Source: an uncultured Gemmatimonadales bacterium
Lineage (GTDB): Bacteria > Gemmatimonadota > Gemmatimonadetes > Gemmatimonadales > GWC2-71-9
DNA: 64,000 nucleotides
Reading direction: 5' to 3'
Assembly (NCBI GenBank): GCA_963730185.1
Contig: CAVSQW010000006.1
Location: 384,001 to 448,000 of the forward strand
The notes beneath the pieces are model-generated. The model did no database searches, had not been told where the DNA came from, and saw nothing but the letters and a program-made list of their open reading frames with translations. The position numbers and the translations under genes were made by a program. Of the stretch, positions 1 through 12,300 are shown in pieces. Numbering within the stretch: the stretch's first letter is position 1; every line of letters begins with the position of its first letter.

Positions 1-91
1 GGCCGGCGCCGAGAAGCACGAGGCGGACATCGACCCGGCGGACCATCAAGACGATGGCGCCCACGATGACGAGGGTCGCGAGGATGATCAC
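1..91 (-). CDS. N-terminus of a membrane protein running off the window edge, possibly a DcuC-like C4-dicarboxylate transporter
   Basis: Reverse strand from GTG at 91 reads VIILATLVIVGAIVLMVRRVDVRLVLLGAG, a hydrophobic helix followed by an RRVDVRLVL pattern. Only 30 codons are visible. Confidence 0.35.
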   Translation of the reverse strand, partial: MIILATLVIVGAIVLMVRRVDVRLVLLGAG

Positions 92-246
92 GTCGGTTCT
101 CGAATGAGGACGGAGGAGGTACCGTCCGGTCCGAGACCTCGCCACGAGCGGCGGCGAGGTCGGCTCTCGACGCTCTTCCGCCCCCCGGTCCGGAGCGTCA
201 ATATTGTCATCTCGGACCGCCCACCTTCCACCCGCGAGAGTCGAAG

Positions 247-1503
247 ATGACAACGATGACCCATCGGATCCGATGGTTCGCCGCCGGCCTGCTCACCGCT
301 CTTGGCGGAGTCCCCTCCGGGTGGGCCCAGGCGCCGGCCAAGATCGACATCGCCAAGATGCGCCCCGCCGGGCTCCTGGTGGATTCGTACAGCTACATGT
401 CGCCGCCCTACAACGCCTACTACTTCCACCACATCGACGAGCTGGGCTTTCGGCTCGACTGGGTCAAGCGGTCCGGTCCGATCACCCCGCTGGTGACGGC
501 CCAGGGCAGGGCCCTGCCGACGACGCTCTCCGGCGCCCACGGTGAGATCGACCTGGAGCGGTACTTCGTCCACAACCAGGTCACCGGCTTCCTGGTACTC
601 CACCGCGACACCGTGCTCCTGGAGCGGTACTTCCACGGCGCGGACCGCCGATCGCGGTTCGTCTCGCAGTCCGTCGGCAAGTCGGTTCTCTCGATCCTGG
701 TCGGCGTGGCGGTCGACGAGGGCAAGATCCAGAGCGTCGACGACCCGATCGTGAAGTACCTGCCGGAGCTCGAGTCGAGCGGCTACCGCGACGCGACCAT
801 CAAGAACGTGCTCCAGATGGCGACCGGGGTGGACTACAGCGAGGACTACACCGACCCGACCTCCGGTGCCGCGATGATCGGTTCGGCCCTGGTGTCCGGC
901 AAGCCCTCGTTCTCCGCGTTCGTCAAGTCGATGAAGCCGACCTCGGTCCGCCCCGGGACCACGTTCCAGTACCAGAGCGTCAACAGCCAGGCGCTCGGGC
1001 TTCTGGTCGCGCGGGTTACCGGCATGCCGCTCAACCGGTGGGCCGAGCACGCGCTCTGGAGCAAAGTCGGGGCGGAGTCGGACGCGTTCTTCTACCAGGC
1101 CAAGTCGCAGCCGGAGACCTGCACCTTCGCCTGCTACAATGCCACGCTCCGGGACTACGCCAGGATCGGGCTCATGATGCTCAACGGCGGAGAGAGCGAC
1201 GGACGGCGGGTGGTGTCGGCGTCGTGGGTGCGCCAGTCGGTCACGCCGGACGCCGACTACCTTCGGCCAGCCCCCGCCACCGCGTCGACGCCGCCCAAGT
1301 TCGGGTACGGCTACCAGTGGTGGGTCCCGCCCGGCCCAGACGGCGCCTTCATGGCGATCGGAATCTACGGTCAGGCCATCTACGTGAACCCGGCCCGGCA
1401 GATGGTGATCGTCCAGACCTCCGCCTGGCCGGCGCCGATCGGGAGCCAGGGCCTCAACGCGGAGCGGTTCGAGACCTTCGAGGCAATCGCGGCCGCGAGG
1501 TAA
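247..1503 (+). CDS. Secreted serine hydrolase, beta-lactamase class C / NylB-like
   Basis: Signal peptide, SxxK (SVGK), LLQMxTG-like VLQMATG, YQS, and GIYGQ near the C-terminus. Confidence 0.9.
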   Translation: MTTMTHRIRWFAAGLLTALGGVPSGWAQAPAKIDIAKMRPAGLLVDSYSYMSPPYNAYYFHHIDELGFRLDWVKRSGPITPLVTAQGRALPTTLSGAHGEIDLERYFVHNQVTGFLVLHRDTVLLERYFHGADRRSRFVSQSVGKSVLSILVGVAVDEGKIQSVDDPIVKYLPELESSGYRDATIKNVLQMATGVDYSEDYTDPTSGAAMIGSALVSGKPSFSAFVKSMKPTSVRPGTTFQYQSVNSQALGLLVARVTGMPLNRWAEHALWSKVGAESDAFFYQAKSQPETCTFACYNATLRDYARIGLMMLNGGESDGRRVVSASWVRQSVTPDADYLRPAPATASTPPKFGYGYQWWVPPGPDGAFMAIGIYGQAIYVNPARQMVIVQTSAWPAPIGSQGLNAERFETFEAIAAAR

Positions 1504-1519
1504 CCGCCCGCAATGCCGG

Positions 1520-2038
1520 TTACCCGGCTCGAGCCGCGCCGCTCAGATAGGGCGCGGTATAGCACCGGCCGGCCTCGCCCATCAACCGACTCCCCTGCTC
1601 CATGGCCGCCGTCGCGCCGTCGAACGCCTTCATCGCGGCGCTGCTCCGATGGTAGGCGGCGCTGATCGTGGCCCAGTGGGCCGCGTCCGGGAGCCACTTG
1701 AGGATCGTCTGGAGATACACCTTGATGGTTCCGGCCTGCGCATACGTCGGCGGGCTGGACGACCGCGATGGCAGGAAGTTCACCATGGCGGTGGCCCGGT
1801 CGTACGATCGCTGGAGCAGATCGCGGGCGTTGGTCGCGGCCACGGCGTAGGCGCCGGTCGTACCGTTGGCTTGGGCGTCGGCGCGAGCGGCCGTCAGCGC
1901 GGTGGCGATCATCGTCCGATACGCGCTGAGCGCCGGCCAGGCGACCGACGTGCAGGCGTCGGCCGTGGGCCTCGGGATCGGACCGGCGCTCGCGAGGAGC
2001 ATTAGCGGCAGGATGGTGGAAGCCCGGGTCAGGTGCAT
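1520..2038 (-). CDS. Hypothetical secreted Ala-rich helical protein (172 aa)
   Basis: ATG at 2038 preceded by AGGAG; signal-like MHLTRASTILPLMLLASA; GC-rich codon usage. Confidence 0.65.
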   Translation of the reverse strand: MHLTRASTILPLMLLASAGPIPRPTADACTSVAWPALSAYRTMIATALTAARADAQANGTTGAYAVAATNARDLLQRSYDRATAMVNFLPSRSSSPPTYAQAGTIKVYLQTILKWLPDAAHWATISAAYHRSSAAMKAFDGATAAMEQGSRLMGEAGRCYTAPYLSGAARAG

Positions 2039-2118
2039 GGCGGTCTCCTGGTGCAAGAGGCTTTGGGAAGCGGGTTCAGCCGAGCGGGGCGATGGGCCGG
2101 CTCCAGGCCGGGGCCGGC

Positions 2119-3431
2119 TCAGGGCTCGAGCCGGACCAGCTCTACCCGGCGGTTCTGCTGCTTGCCTTCCGCGGTCGCGTTGTCGCCCACCGGCTGCGTC
2201 TCTCCAAAGCCCGACGCCTCGAGCCGGGCCCCCTCGACCGCGAACCGCTCGACCAGATACGCCTTCACCGCGGCGGCGCGTCGCTCCGAGAGGTCCTGGT
2301 TGAAGGCGTCGTCTCCGTCGCTGTCGGTGTGGCCCTCGATCGCGATTCGGAGGTCCGGATGGTCGGCCAGCATCCGGCCGATCTCCTCCAAGGTGGGCGT
2401 CGACTCCGGGCGGATCCGGGCGCTCGCCGTCGCGAACAAGATGCCCTGCGTCGCCACCCGGCCGTCGCGGGCCAGCCGGTCGTACAGATCCTTTCCGCCG
2501 GCCGCGATCCGGATCGGGCCGACCAGGATCGGGTGGCTCTCCGCCGCCGAGCCGACGGCGAGGAAGAGGGTATCGGTACGGGGAAAGACGGCGTTCGGCA
2601 CGTTGGCCACCCGGCGGTCGCCGAGATACATCTTGAGATGCTCGCCATCGGCCATCAGCCGGACGGCGACGATCGCGTCGCGGGCCGTCTTGGAGTCCAT
2701 GTTGACCATGACCGTCGGCCCCTGGCCGCCGAGCGCCCGGACGCCGGCCCGGGCCATCTCCACCGAGGCCACGGACCCCCGGTAGTCGCGCCGCGGGCCG
2801 AAGTAGGCCCGGTCCGGCATCAGGCGGATGTAGGCGTTGCCGTGCTTGAGGTTGACGCTGTACTCGACGGTGAACTTCTCCGGCAGCGTGCGGGGCAGCG
2901 GAATGGCGATCAGACCGCCGGAGGTCGCCCGGAGATATCGCTCGCCCTCCCAGTCGACCAGCTCGAAGCTGCCTTCCACCAGCTCGAACCGGCGGGGGAA
3001 GTCGCCCACCTCGTCGTGGCGGAAGTCGTCGGCGAAGAGGATCTCGTCTCCGGGCTGGAAGTCGTAGTTGGCCCAGGCGCCTTCGCCCGGCCGCGCCACG
3101 GCTCCCCCTTCCCGGCGATGGCGGCACCGGCCTCCGGATCGGAGACCGGCATCCCCTGGTCGTCAAGCAGGAGCTCCCCATCGTCGTCGGTCAGCACGGC
3201 GCCCTTGCCGGAAGCGTCGGCCCGCTCGATGCAGCCAGCGTCGTCGAAGACGCACCGCACCTTGCCCCGCACCAGCCGGTCGACCTGGCTCAGCGTCTCC
3301 GATTCCGCCGCGTCCTTGATGGTGTTCTTCAGTTTCTTGAGAACCTGGCCGTCGAGCGTCGCCGGGGCGGCCGTCAGGGCCGCCACCGCCACCGCGAGGC
3401 CACCGGCAAGCCGCCACCGGATCGCAATCAT
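2119..3431 (-). CDS. OmpA-family protein with an N-terminal beta domain (one frameshift near 3105)
   Basis: N-terminal part MIAIRWRLAGG... joins ORF 2119..3099 (NYDFQPGDEILFADDF). The C-terminal OmpA domain has IEGHTDS, NQDLSERRA and NRRVE. Confidence 0.85.
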
Positions 3432-3666
3432 GCCCCACCTCCCAGATGAGTGGGCCGGCCCTCGGCCGGCCAATCCACTCACCTGAACGCGGTCGGGCCC
3501 GGATTCCCGCCACCCACGCTCGCGCCTGGCCCTCTGGCGGGTTCTGGACCACTCGCCCGTTTGAGCAGACAGGCCGTGCCAGGGCAGTTCATTTGCCAGC
3601 GGCCCGATCGACGCGATACAATCGCCTGTTGGGGAGAAGGGCATGGAACCCGGGCCAGGGAGGCGC

Positions 3667-6227
3667 ATGACCGACAGGGACGACCTGCTCTGGCAGCGAT
3701 GGGACGAGGTCGATACGCTCCTCGACGAGCTGCTCGACCTCCCAGAGTCCGACCGGCAGTTGGAGCTCGACCGGCGGGCTCGGACCGACCCCGCCTTGCA
3801 CGACCTGGTGCGGCGTCTCCTCGGCCGCCTCGGCGATCAGGCCGACCGGGTGTCCGGGCCGTCCGACGCGATGCTTCGGGCGGCGTTCCCCACGCCCGAG
3901 CCGGCGGAGGAAGACCTTCCGTCAGGGATGGAGGTCGGGCGCTACGTGATCAGCGGCCGCCGCGGCCGGGGCGGCATGGCCACGGTCTACGAGGCCGAGC
4001 GGTCGGACGGGGCGTATCGGCAGCGCGTCGCGGTCAAGGTGCTGCGGCGGGGGCTCGACACCGAGGACCTGGTCCGGCGGTTTCTGACCGAGCGCCAGAT
4101 CCTCTCCTCGCTGGCCCATCCCAACATCGCGAGGCTGCTGGACGGCGGCTCACTCCCGGACGGCCGACCGTATCTGGTGATGGAGCTGGTGGAGGGCCAG
4201 CCGATCACCCGGTTCGCCGACGCCCGCCGGCTCGACGTCACCGCCCGGCTCGATCTGTTCCTGGCAGTGGCCGGAGCGGTGCAAGCCGCTCATCGGCAGC
4301 TGGTCGTTCACCGTGACATCAAGCCGTCGAACATCCTGGTGAACGAATCCGGCGCGGTGAAGCTGCTGGACTTCGGCATCGCCAAGCTGCTCGAGGGCGA
4401 CCCCGGCAGCACCAGCACCGGCGTCGCGATGCTGACGCCGGACTACGCCAGCCCGGAGCAGATCGGCGGCGGACCGATTACCACCGGCACCGACGTCTAC
4501 CAGCTCGGGCTCCTGCTCCGGGAGCTCCTCACCGGGCTGGCGCCCGCTGGCGGGCGACACCCGGCGGGGCGAGCCGCCGGTCCATCCGAGCCGGGCGGCC
4601 CGGATGGCGCTCCCCGATCTTCCCGGTCCGGAGGTCCGGGCTCAGGCCCGCGGCACGACCGCGGCGGGGTTGGTCCGGCGTCTCGCCGGCGACCTCGACA
4701 TCATCGTGGGCAAGGCCATCCGTCCCGCCCCGGAGGAGCGGTACGCATCGGTCGAGGAGATGGCCGCGGACGTTCGGCGGCACCTCAGAGGCCTCCCGAT
4801 CGTCGCCCATCCCGAGTCGGTGGCCTATCGGGTGCGAAAGTTCTCGGGACGCCACCCGCTCGCCATTCCAACGGTGGTCACTGCGGCGGTCGCCCTGGTG
4901 GGCTTCGTGACCGCCCTGGCGGTTCAGAACCGGCGGATCGCCCGGGAGCGGGACGCCGCCGAGATCGCCTCCCGGCGGGCCCAGGCTACCCAGTCTTTCC
5001 TGGTCGACCTGCTCCGGAGCCCGGATCCGACCGGCGAGTCGGGGACCCGCGACCTGACGGTCGTCGAGGCGCTGCAGCGGGGACGGGCTCGGGTCGACAC
5101 CGAGCTCGGCGGAGCAGCCCGAGGTCCGGGCCGCGCTGCTCATCGCCATGGGAAAGACCTTTGCGGGTCTGGGCCGTCACGAGGTGGCCGACACGCTCCT
5201 CCACCAGGCGCTGGCGGAATACACCCGGCTCTACGGCAGCGGCGACGTTCGGACGGCAGCCGTGCTGGGCGACATCGGGAACAACTTCCGACAGGATCGA
5301 GCCTACCGCGATGCCGACTCACTCCTCCATCAGGAGTGGCGGGTCCGGGCGGCGGCGGGGCCGATTCCGGATTCCGTGCTGGCCGACATGATGGCGGCAC
5401 TGAGCGCGACCCGGCGCGAGGCGGGAGACATCGATTCCTCGTTGGCGTTGGCCGAGCGGGCGGTCGCCATCCGCCGACAGGGAGGCGATACCGGTGCGGC
5501 CTTGACCGGCGCGCTGGGCGCGCTGGCCTTCGCGCTCCGGGGCGCCAACCGACTCGATTCGGCGGAGGTGGTCTATCGCCTGGTGCTCGAGCGGCAGCAG
5601 CGGGTCCCCAATCCGAATGCCGTCAAGCTCGCGACGACCCACAACAACCTGGGTTACCTGTACCGGGTTCGGAACGATTTGCCGGCGGCCGAGCAGTCGT
5701 ACCGGGAGGCGCTCCGGCTGGCGAACGCCGCGCTGGGAGAAGGTCACAACCTGACCCAGACCGTCATGACCAATTTGCTCGCCGCACTCGCGGCCGAGGG
5801 CAAGGACGACGACGTCGAGCGTCTCAGCCGCCAGCGAATCGCGGCCGCTGAGCGGCAATGGCCGGACGGCAGCTGGCGGGTCGGGCAGCTCCACCTGGCT
5901 CTGGGTCGGTTCTTCCTGACCCGCGCCCGCCCCGCCGACGCGGTGGCCCCCCTCCGAGCCGGCCTCGCGAGCTATCGGTCGTTCCTGGGACCCACCCACG
6001 CCTGGACCGCCGTGGCCCAGGCCGACCTCGGGCTGGCGCTGTCGCAAGCCGGTCGGAAAGGCGAGTCCGGCCGACTGCTCGATCAGGCCTACCGGATCAT
6101 CGACGATCTCCCGGGCGACCCCAATCCTGAGATGCAGGGTATCCTCCGCCGGCTGATCACCGCCCTCGAGCGCGGCGGCGACACCTCGCAGGCCGAGCAC
6201 TTCCGCCGGCTCCTCCCGGCGTCCTGA
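3667..6227 (+). CDS. Ser/Thr protein kinase with TM helix and TPR repeats (frameshifts near 4543 and 5110)
   Basis: GRGGMATVY, VAVK, HRDIKPSN, DFG, TPDYASPEQ; continues in ORF 4604 (GDLDIIVGKAIRPAPEERYAS, TM) and ORF 5148 (TPR: THNNLGYLY). Confidence 0.9.
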
Positions 6228-6250
6228 CCGAAAAGGCACCCCGCTCGCGC

Positions 6251-6826
6251 TCAGGGGTCGCGAGGCTGCTCTCCAAGCATCTCCAGCAGATAGACCCGGG
6301 CCCGGGTCCATTCCCGCTCGACCGTCCGCACCGACGCATCGAGCACCTCGGCCACTTCGGGCACGCTCAGCCCGCCGAAGAAGCGAAGCTCGACCACCTG
6401 GGCCATCCGGGGGTGCCGGGTCGCGAGCTGCTCGACCGCCTCGTCCACCCCGAGGACGTCGGCCATCCCGCCGTCGGCCGCGACCTCGGCTTCGTCGAGG
6501 GGGATCAGCACCGCCCCACCCCCCCGCCGCTCCGCCTGCCGGCGCCGGGCGTGGTCCACCAGGATGTGCCGCATCGCCCGGGAGGCGAAGGCGAAGAAGT
6601 GCGCCCGGCTCTCCCAGGTGCCGCCGGTCCGGTCGACCAGCTTGAGGTAGGCCTCGTGCACCAGGGCCGTCGTGGCGATGTCGCCGCCACCCCCCGCCCG
6701 GAGACGCCGGTGGGCAATGGCCCGGAGGTCGTCGTAGGCGACGGTCACCAGCTTGGGGAAGGCTTCGGTATCGCCCTCGCTCCAGCGGGACAGGAGCAGG
6801 GTGATCGTGCCGGGGTCGGCGGACAT
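6251..6826 (-). CDS. ECF sigma factor of the kinase-associated type (TIGR02999 / ECF43-like)
   Basis: ITLLLSRW, TTALVHEAYLKL, HFFAFASRAMRHILVDHAR, VVELRFFGGLS, SVRTVEREW. Confidence 0.9.
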   Translation of the reverse strand: MSADPGTITLLLSRWSEGDTEAFPKLVTVAYDDLRAIAHRRLRAGGGGDIATTALVHEAYLKLVDRTGGTWESRAHFFAFASRAMRHILVDHARRRQAERRGGGAVLIPLDEAEVAADGGMADVLGVDEAVEQLATRHPRMAQVVELRFFGGLSVPEVAEVLDASVRTVEREWTRARVYLLEMLGEQPRDP

Positions 6827-7007
6827 GCGCGGGCCCGAGTTCGGGGAACGGAGGAACCACCTTCCGCGAAGCTACCGCGTTCCGAATGGCCCGCAACCAA
6901 CCCTCCGCTTGGCGGGCCGAACGCCGAGGAGCGGCTCGATCAGGTATCGCCCCAGAGCAGCATGAGGTCCACTTGGATTGATCAGCGTGGTGGCAGCAGA
7001 CTGTCCG

Positions 7008-9132
7008 CTACCGCCCTCCCCGAATTTTGCGGATGGCGGCCTCCGCGTTCCAGCGGACCCGCGGCGCCTTGGCCATCTCCACCAGGACCGGCAGCGCCTC
7101 GACGGCCGCCGGACCGATCGCGCCGATGGCGTCGGCCACGGCGCGCTCGACATGGGCGTTCTGCCCGGGGAGCTTCCCCACCCGGATCAGCGCCGGCAGC
7201 ACCCGGATCGCCCTCGGTCCCTGGGCGGCGATCGCCCAGCCGCTCATCATCCGGACGCCGTCGTCGGAGTCGTCGAGCCGGGCGGCGAGCGCGTCGATCG
7301 CCGCGTCCCGAACTCCACCGAGGTCCCGGAGCGCCAGGGCCGCGAGCCCCCGGACGACGTAGTCGCGGTCGCCTAACGCCGTGACCAGAGCGGCCTCCGC
7401 GGGCGCCGCCGCCCGCCGCATCTGCCCCAGCGTGTACGCCGCTGCCGCCCGCACCGCGCTATCGGCCGCGCCCAAAGCGGCGACCACTTCGGGAAGTCGG
7501 CTGGCACCGGCCGGACCAAGAGCGGCGATCCGGCGCAGTCGATCCGCCGGGTTCCGGGCGCTGGCGCTGTCGCTCGAGCCGGGGTGCTCGTTGGCCACCC
7601 GCGCCAGGACCAGCGCGTCGACGCCGAGGAAGTAGTTGGTCGACGCCGGGCTCTTGCCGGTGCAGACGAAGCTCACCGTGTGACGGCCCCGGGTGAGGCG
7701 CGGCCAGCCGATCACCCGGTCCTCGCCCACGTAGACCTCCGGGTAGTAGCCGTCGAACGACGGCCCCGTGCCGGTGTTGGCGCCGGGCTCGTGCTCGAGC
7801 TCGGTCGAGCTGCCGGGGACCTGGCCGTCGATCAGCATCGCGTAGACCCCGTAGTCCGGAGCGCCGGCGGTCTCGACCGACAGCTCGTAGCGGCCGTCCT
7901 CCGGCACGTCGAACGGGATCTCGACCTTGGCGCCGACACCCTGCGCCTCGAAGAAGAGGATGTCCTTGGACCAGAAGACCTCCTTCTGGACCGAGACCTT
8001 GCCGCCGGTGCCGACCGCCTCGTCGGCCCGCTGCTCCACCTCGATCTGGGTGGCATTGCCGTGGGGAAGACGGGCCGCCCCGTAGGGCGGCTCGGGCTGG
8101 TCGGCCGCGATGCCCACTTGGTACCAGAACGCCACCGAGCTGAAGAGATCCTCCCGCTCCTCCGACGCGCTCCGCACCGTCCCGTCCGGGTTGTAGGTCC
8201 AGCCGTTGTGCTCCATCTCGAACCGGATCTCGCGCCGGAACGGAATCGGGTCGGTCACGTGCCATCGATAGGCCGTCATCCGGGACCCGAGGTCGGTGCC
8301 GTCGGCGACGGTCACTCCATAGTACGGGCCGTCGCCGATCCGGAACGACCAGGCGTCGTTGAAATAGTCCTCGGTGCCGGTGCCCTCCAGGTTAGGATGA
8401 GCCTTGCCGTCGACGTAGATGTGGTCGTCGCCCTCGCCGAACCAGCCGGGCTGGTTCTGGATCACGCTCAGCACGGTGCCGACGTAGTGCCCCCGCCCCC
8501 TGGTGCGGAGCACCTCATAGGGCGCGCCGAGCCGGGTGGGCAGGGCCTGGCGGTAGCGGGCGTGGAAGTACGGCGTGTTGAGCGGGAGGCTCGGGTACTT
8601 GGCCCAGTCGACATGGTAGTAGAGGTTGGCGACCCGGCGGCGCCCCTCGTTGGTGATCGTCACCTTGGCCGACTTCCGGAACGGCATCGGCCAGTAGGCG
8701 TTCCGGGACCGTCCCGCCGAGCTGCTCCGCTCGACCGCCGAGTTGATCGGCCGCTCCAGTCCGTGGCCGACGGCGAAGAAGTCGCCGAGCGGGGCATCCA
8801 CGCTCGGAATCGGGCTCCCGTCGTAGTACACGCGGAGCCGGAGCAACCGGGGCCAGCCGTACTCGTTGGCGGCGACGGTCACCCAGAGGTGGGTGATGAC
8901 ACCGGGTCCCTTCGAGGTCGGCGAGCACGATGGTCTCACCGGGGATCGGGCGCTTGCTGTCGTCGTTGCTGGCCCAATCGGGGTTGTTGCTCGACGACCG
9001 GAAGGCCTCGAAGTCGCGGAGCTGGGTGAGGCGAAGGGGGTCGAGCGTCTCTCGGACCTGGGCTCCGACCGGCGGCGACCCAATCAGGAACAGCAACGTG
9101 GCGACGGTGGCGAGCCGGAGCGAGCCGGTCAT
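7008..9132 (-). CDS. Secreted DUF2961 / GH172-like glycoside hydrolase with C-terminal HEAT repeats (frameshift near 8910)
   Basis: Signal peptide in ORF 8515..9132, then GPGVITHLW, DAPLGDFF, WFGEGDD, GTGTEDYFN; C-terminal HEAT-like repeats (VRAAAAYTLG, VRGLAALAL, VERAVADAIG). Confidence 0.8.
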
Positions 9133-9350
9133 GGGAGTGCCCTCGACAGGTGCGGGTGGCTGGCTGAGAGCCTACCGTCGCCAGGGGTCCGGCGCCAGGA
9201 GTCGAGGATCGGGTCATGACACGAAGCCCACTGTCACGATCGCCGTGAGGCCGCCACTCGACCCGGTTCTTGACCCGGCGTCGGACCGGCGGCATTCTTT
9301 GGGAGGGGGCGACCGATCAATCTGCCAGCCCCAAATAGAGGGGCCCGGCC

Positions 9351-12300
9351 ATGATCCCCTACGCGCTCATTGGCATCACCGTCGTGCTGGCCGTGGCGGT
9401 CATCGCGCTCGTCAACCGCCGGCTGCTCCGGAAATACCACCAGGAGGCGCACGATGCGGTGGTCGAGCTTCGCGCCAGCGAAGCCCGGCTCCGCACCATC
9501 GGCGACAACCTGCCCGGCGCGCTCGTGTACCGGCTGGAGCGCGACCGCCACGGCACCCCGCGGTTCCACTACCTGAGCGCGGGAATCACCCGCCTCACCG
9601 GCCATACGGCGGCGGAGGTCCTGGCCGACCCGAGCCTCTTCTTCGACCGGGCGGTGCCGGAGGACCGTCCCGCCGCGGAAGCCGCCCGGATCGAGGCGGC
9701 GGCGACCGTGTCGCCACTCACGATCCACTTCCGCCTCCGCGACGCCGCCGGGCGGATCCGGTGGATCGAGTCCTCCTCTTCGGCGCCGCGCCCACTGCCC
9801 GACGGCGCGACCCTCTGGGACGGCATCGCGATCGACGTCACCGAGCGGCAGGAACAGGAGGCCTCCCGTCGAGAACAGGAAGCCCTCTTTCGCGCGGCCT
9901 TCGAGAACGCCACCGCGGGGATCGCGCTGGTGGGTACCGACGGCCGGTTCCTCCGGGTCAACGCGGCGCTCTCCGACCTGCTCCAGTACACCGCCAAGGA
10001 GCTTGCGGGCCTCCGCTTTCAGGACGTCACCCATCCCGATGACGTCGCGAGCGGGAACGAGTTCATCGCCCACGCGCTCGCGGGCGGTCCACCGACCGGT
10101 CGATTCGACAAGCGGTATCTCCGGCATGACGGACAGGTCGTCGTCGCCCACGTGTCAACCACCCTGATCGACCTGCCCGGCAACGGCCGCTACTTCCTTA
10201 CCCACATCCAGGACATCACCGAGCGCCAGCGGGCACTCCGGTCGCTCGCGGCGAACGAGGCCCTGCTCCGTCAGTTCGTGCGCCACACACCCGCGGCCGT
10301 CGCCATGTTCGACCGCGAGATGCGCTACATGGAGGTGAGCGACCGGTGGCTGAGCGACTATTCCCTGGGCGACCAGGAGGTGGTCGGTCGCTCGCACTAC
10401 GAGGTGTTCCCCGACATCCCGGAGCGCTGGAAGGCGGTGCATCAGCGGGCCCTGGCCGGCGCGGTCGAGCGGTGCGACGACGATCCCTTCCCTCGCGCGG
10501 ACGGCCGGGTCGACTGGCTCCAGTGGGAGGTCCGGCCCTGGCTCGACACCGACGGGGTCATCGGCGGGGTGATCATGTTCACCCAGGTGATGACCGAGCG
10601 GAAGCGCACCGAGCTCCGGGTTCATCACCTGAACCGGGTCTACGCGGTCCTGAGCAGCATCAACGAGATGATCGTCCGCGAGAAGGACCCGGGCCGGGTT
10701 CTGGACGCCGCGTGTCGGATCGCCGTGGAGAAGGGTCGATTCGAGATGGCGTGGGTCGGGAGGCCCAACGCCGCCGGCTCCAGGCTGGAGCCAGTCGCCT
10801 CGGCCGGCGCGACCGAGGGATACCTGGACGACGTCGACATCGACCTGACCAGTCCGGAGCGGTCGAACGGCCCGAGCGGCCGGTGCTTCCGCGAGGGGGT
10901 GCCGGTGATCTGCAACGACCTCGAGACGCGACCCCCAATTCGCCCCGTGGCGAGACGCGGCGACCCGGGCCGGGTTTCGCTCCTCCGGTGCGTTCCCACT
11001 CCGGAACCAGTACGGGATCGAGGGCATGATCGCCTTCTACTCGGCCGAGCCTGACTTCTTCGACGATGAGGAGCAGGCGGTGCTCGGCGAGCTCGCGGCC
11101 GACATCGGCTTCTCCCTCGAGGTGCACCGGCGGGAGGCCGAGCGGGCCACGGCCGAGGCCAGCCTCCACGAAAGCGAGGCGCGGTTCCGGCAGGTGGCCG
11201 ACAATATCCAGGAAGTGTTCTGGATGACCGACGTGACTGACGGCCGGGCGCTGTACGTGAGCCCAGCCTACGAGCGGATCTGGGGACGAAGCCCGGAGAG
11301 TCTCTACCGGTCCTCCACCAGCTGGGTCGACACCATCCACCTCGAGGACCGGGCTCGGGTGGCGGAGGCGGCCGCGACCCAGCAGGCACTCGGCACCTAC
11401 GACGAGGTCTACCGGATCGTCCGCCCGGACGGCCGGATACGCTGGATTCACGACCGGGCCCTGCCGATCCGGGATCCGGCCGGCGGCGCAGTGGTCCGGG
11501 TGGTCGGCACGGCCGAGGACATCACCACTCGCCGGGAGCTGGAGGAGCAGCTCCGCCAGGCCCAGAAGATGGAAGCGATCGGCCAGCTGGCGGGCGGTGT
11601 GGCCCACGACTTCAACAACATCCTGATGGCGATGATGGGCGAGGCCGAGATGGCCGGGTCCAACCCCGAGGCGGCGCCGGAGCTCAAGGCCCATGCGGCC
11701 GCCATCACCGCCCTGGCCGAGCGGGCGGCCGCCCTGACCCGGCAGCTCCTGCTCTTCAGCCGCCGGCAGGTGATGCGGCAGCACGATCTCGACCTGAACG
11801 ACGTCGTCGCCAACCTCTCGAAGATGCTGCAGCGCATCATCGGCGAGGATGTGATCCTCGACCTGGCGCTCCACCCGGCGCCCCTGGTCGTTCACGCCGA
11901 TGCCGGGATGCTCGACCAGGTCCTGATGAACCTGGCAGTGAATGCCCGAGACGCCATGCCGGGAGGCGGCCGGTTGCGGATCGAGACCGGCCTCACCCAG
12001 GTGGACGGCGAAGAGGCCCGCCGCCATCCTGACGTCCGACCCGGACCCCACGTCCGGCTCCGCGTCCGGGACACCGGGACCGGCATCCCCGCCAACGCGC
12101 TGCCGAGAATCTTCGAGCCGTTCTTCACGACCAAGGACGTCGACAAGGGGACCGGGTTGGGCTTGGCGACCGTCTTTGGCATCGTCCGCCAGCACGCCGG
12201 GTGGATCGGGGTCGAGAGCGAGCTGGGTCAGGGTACGGTCTTCGAGATCTTCCTGCCGGCTCGGGACGAGCTGACCGGCACCCTCGCCGCCGAGCCCGTC

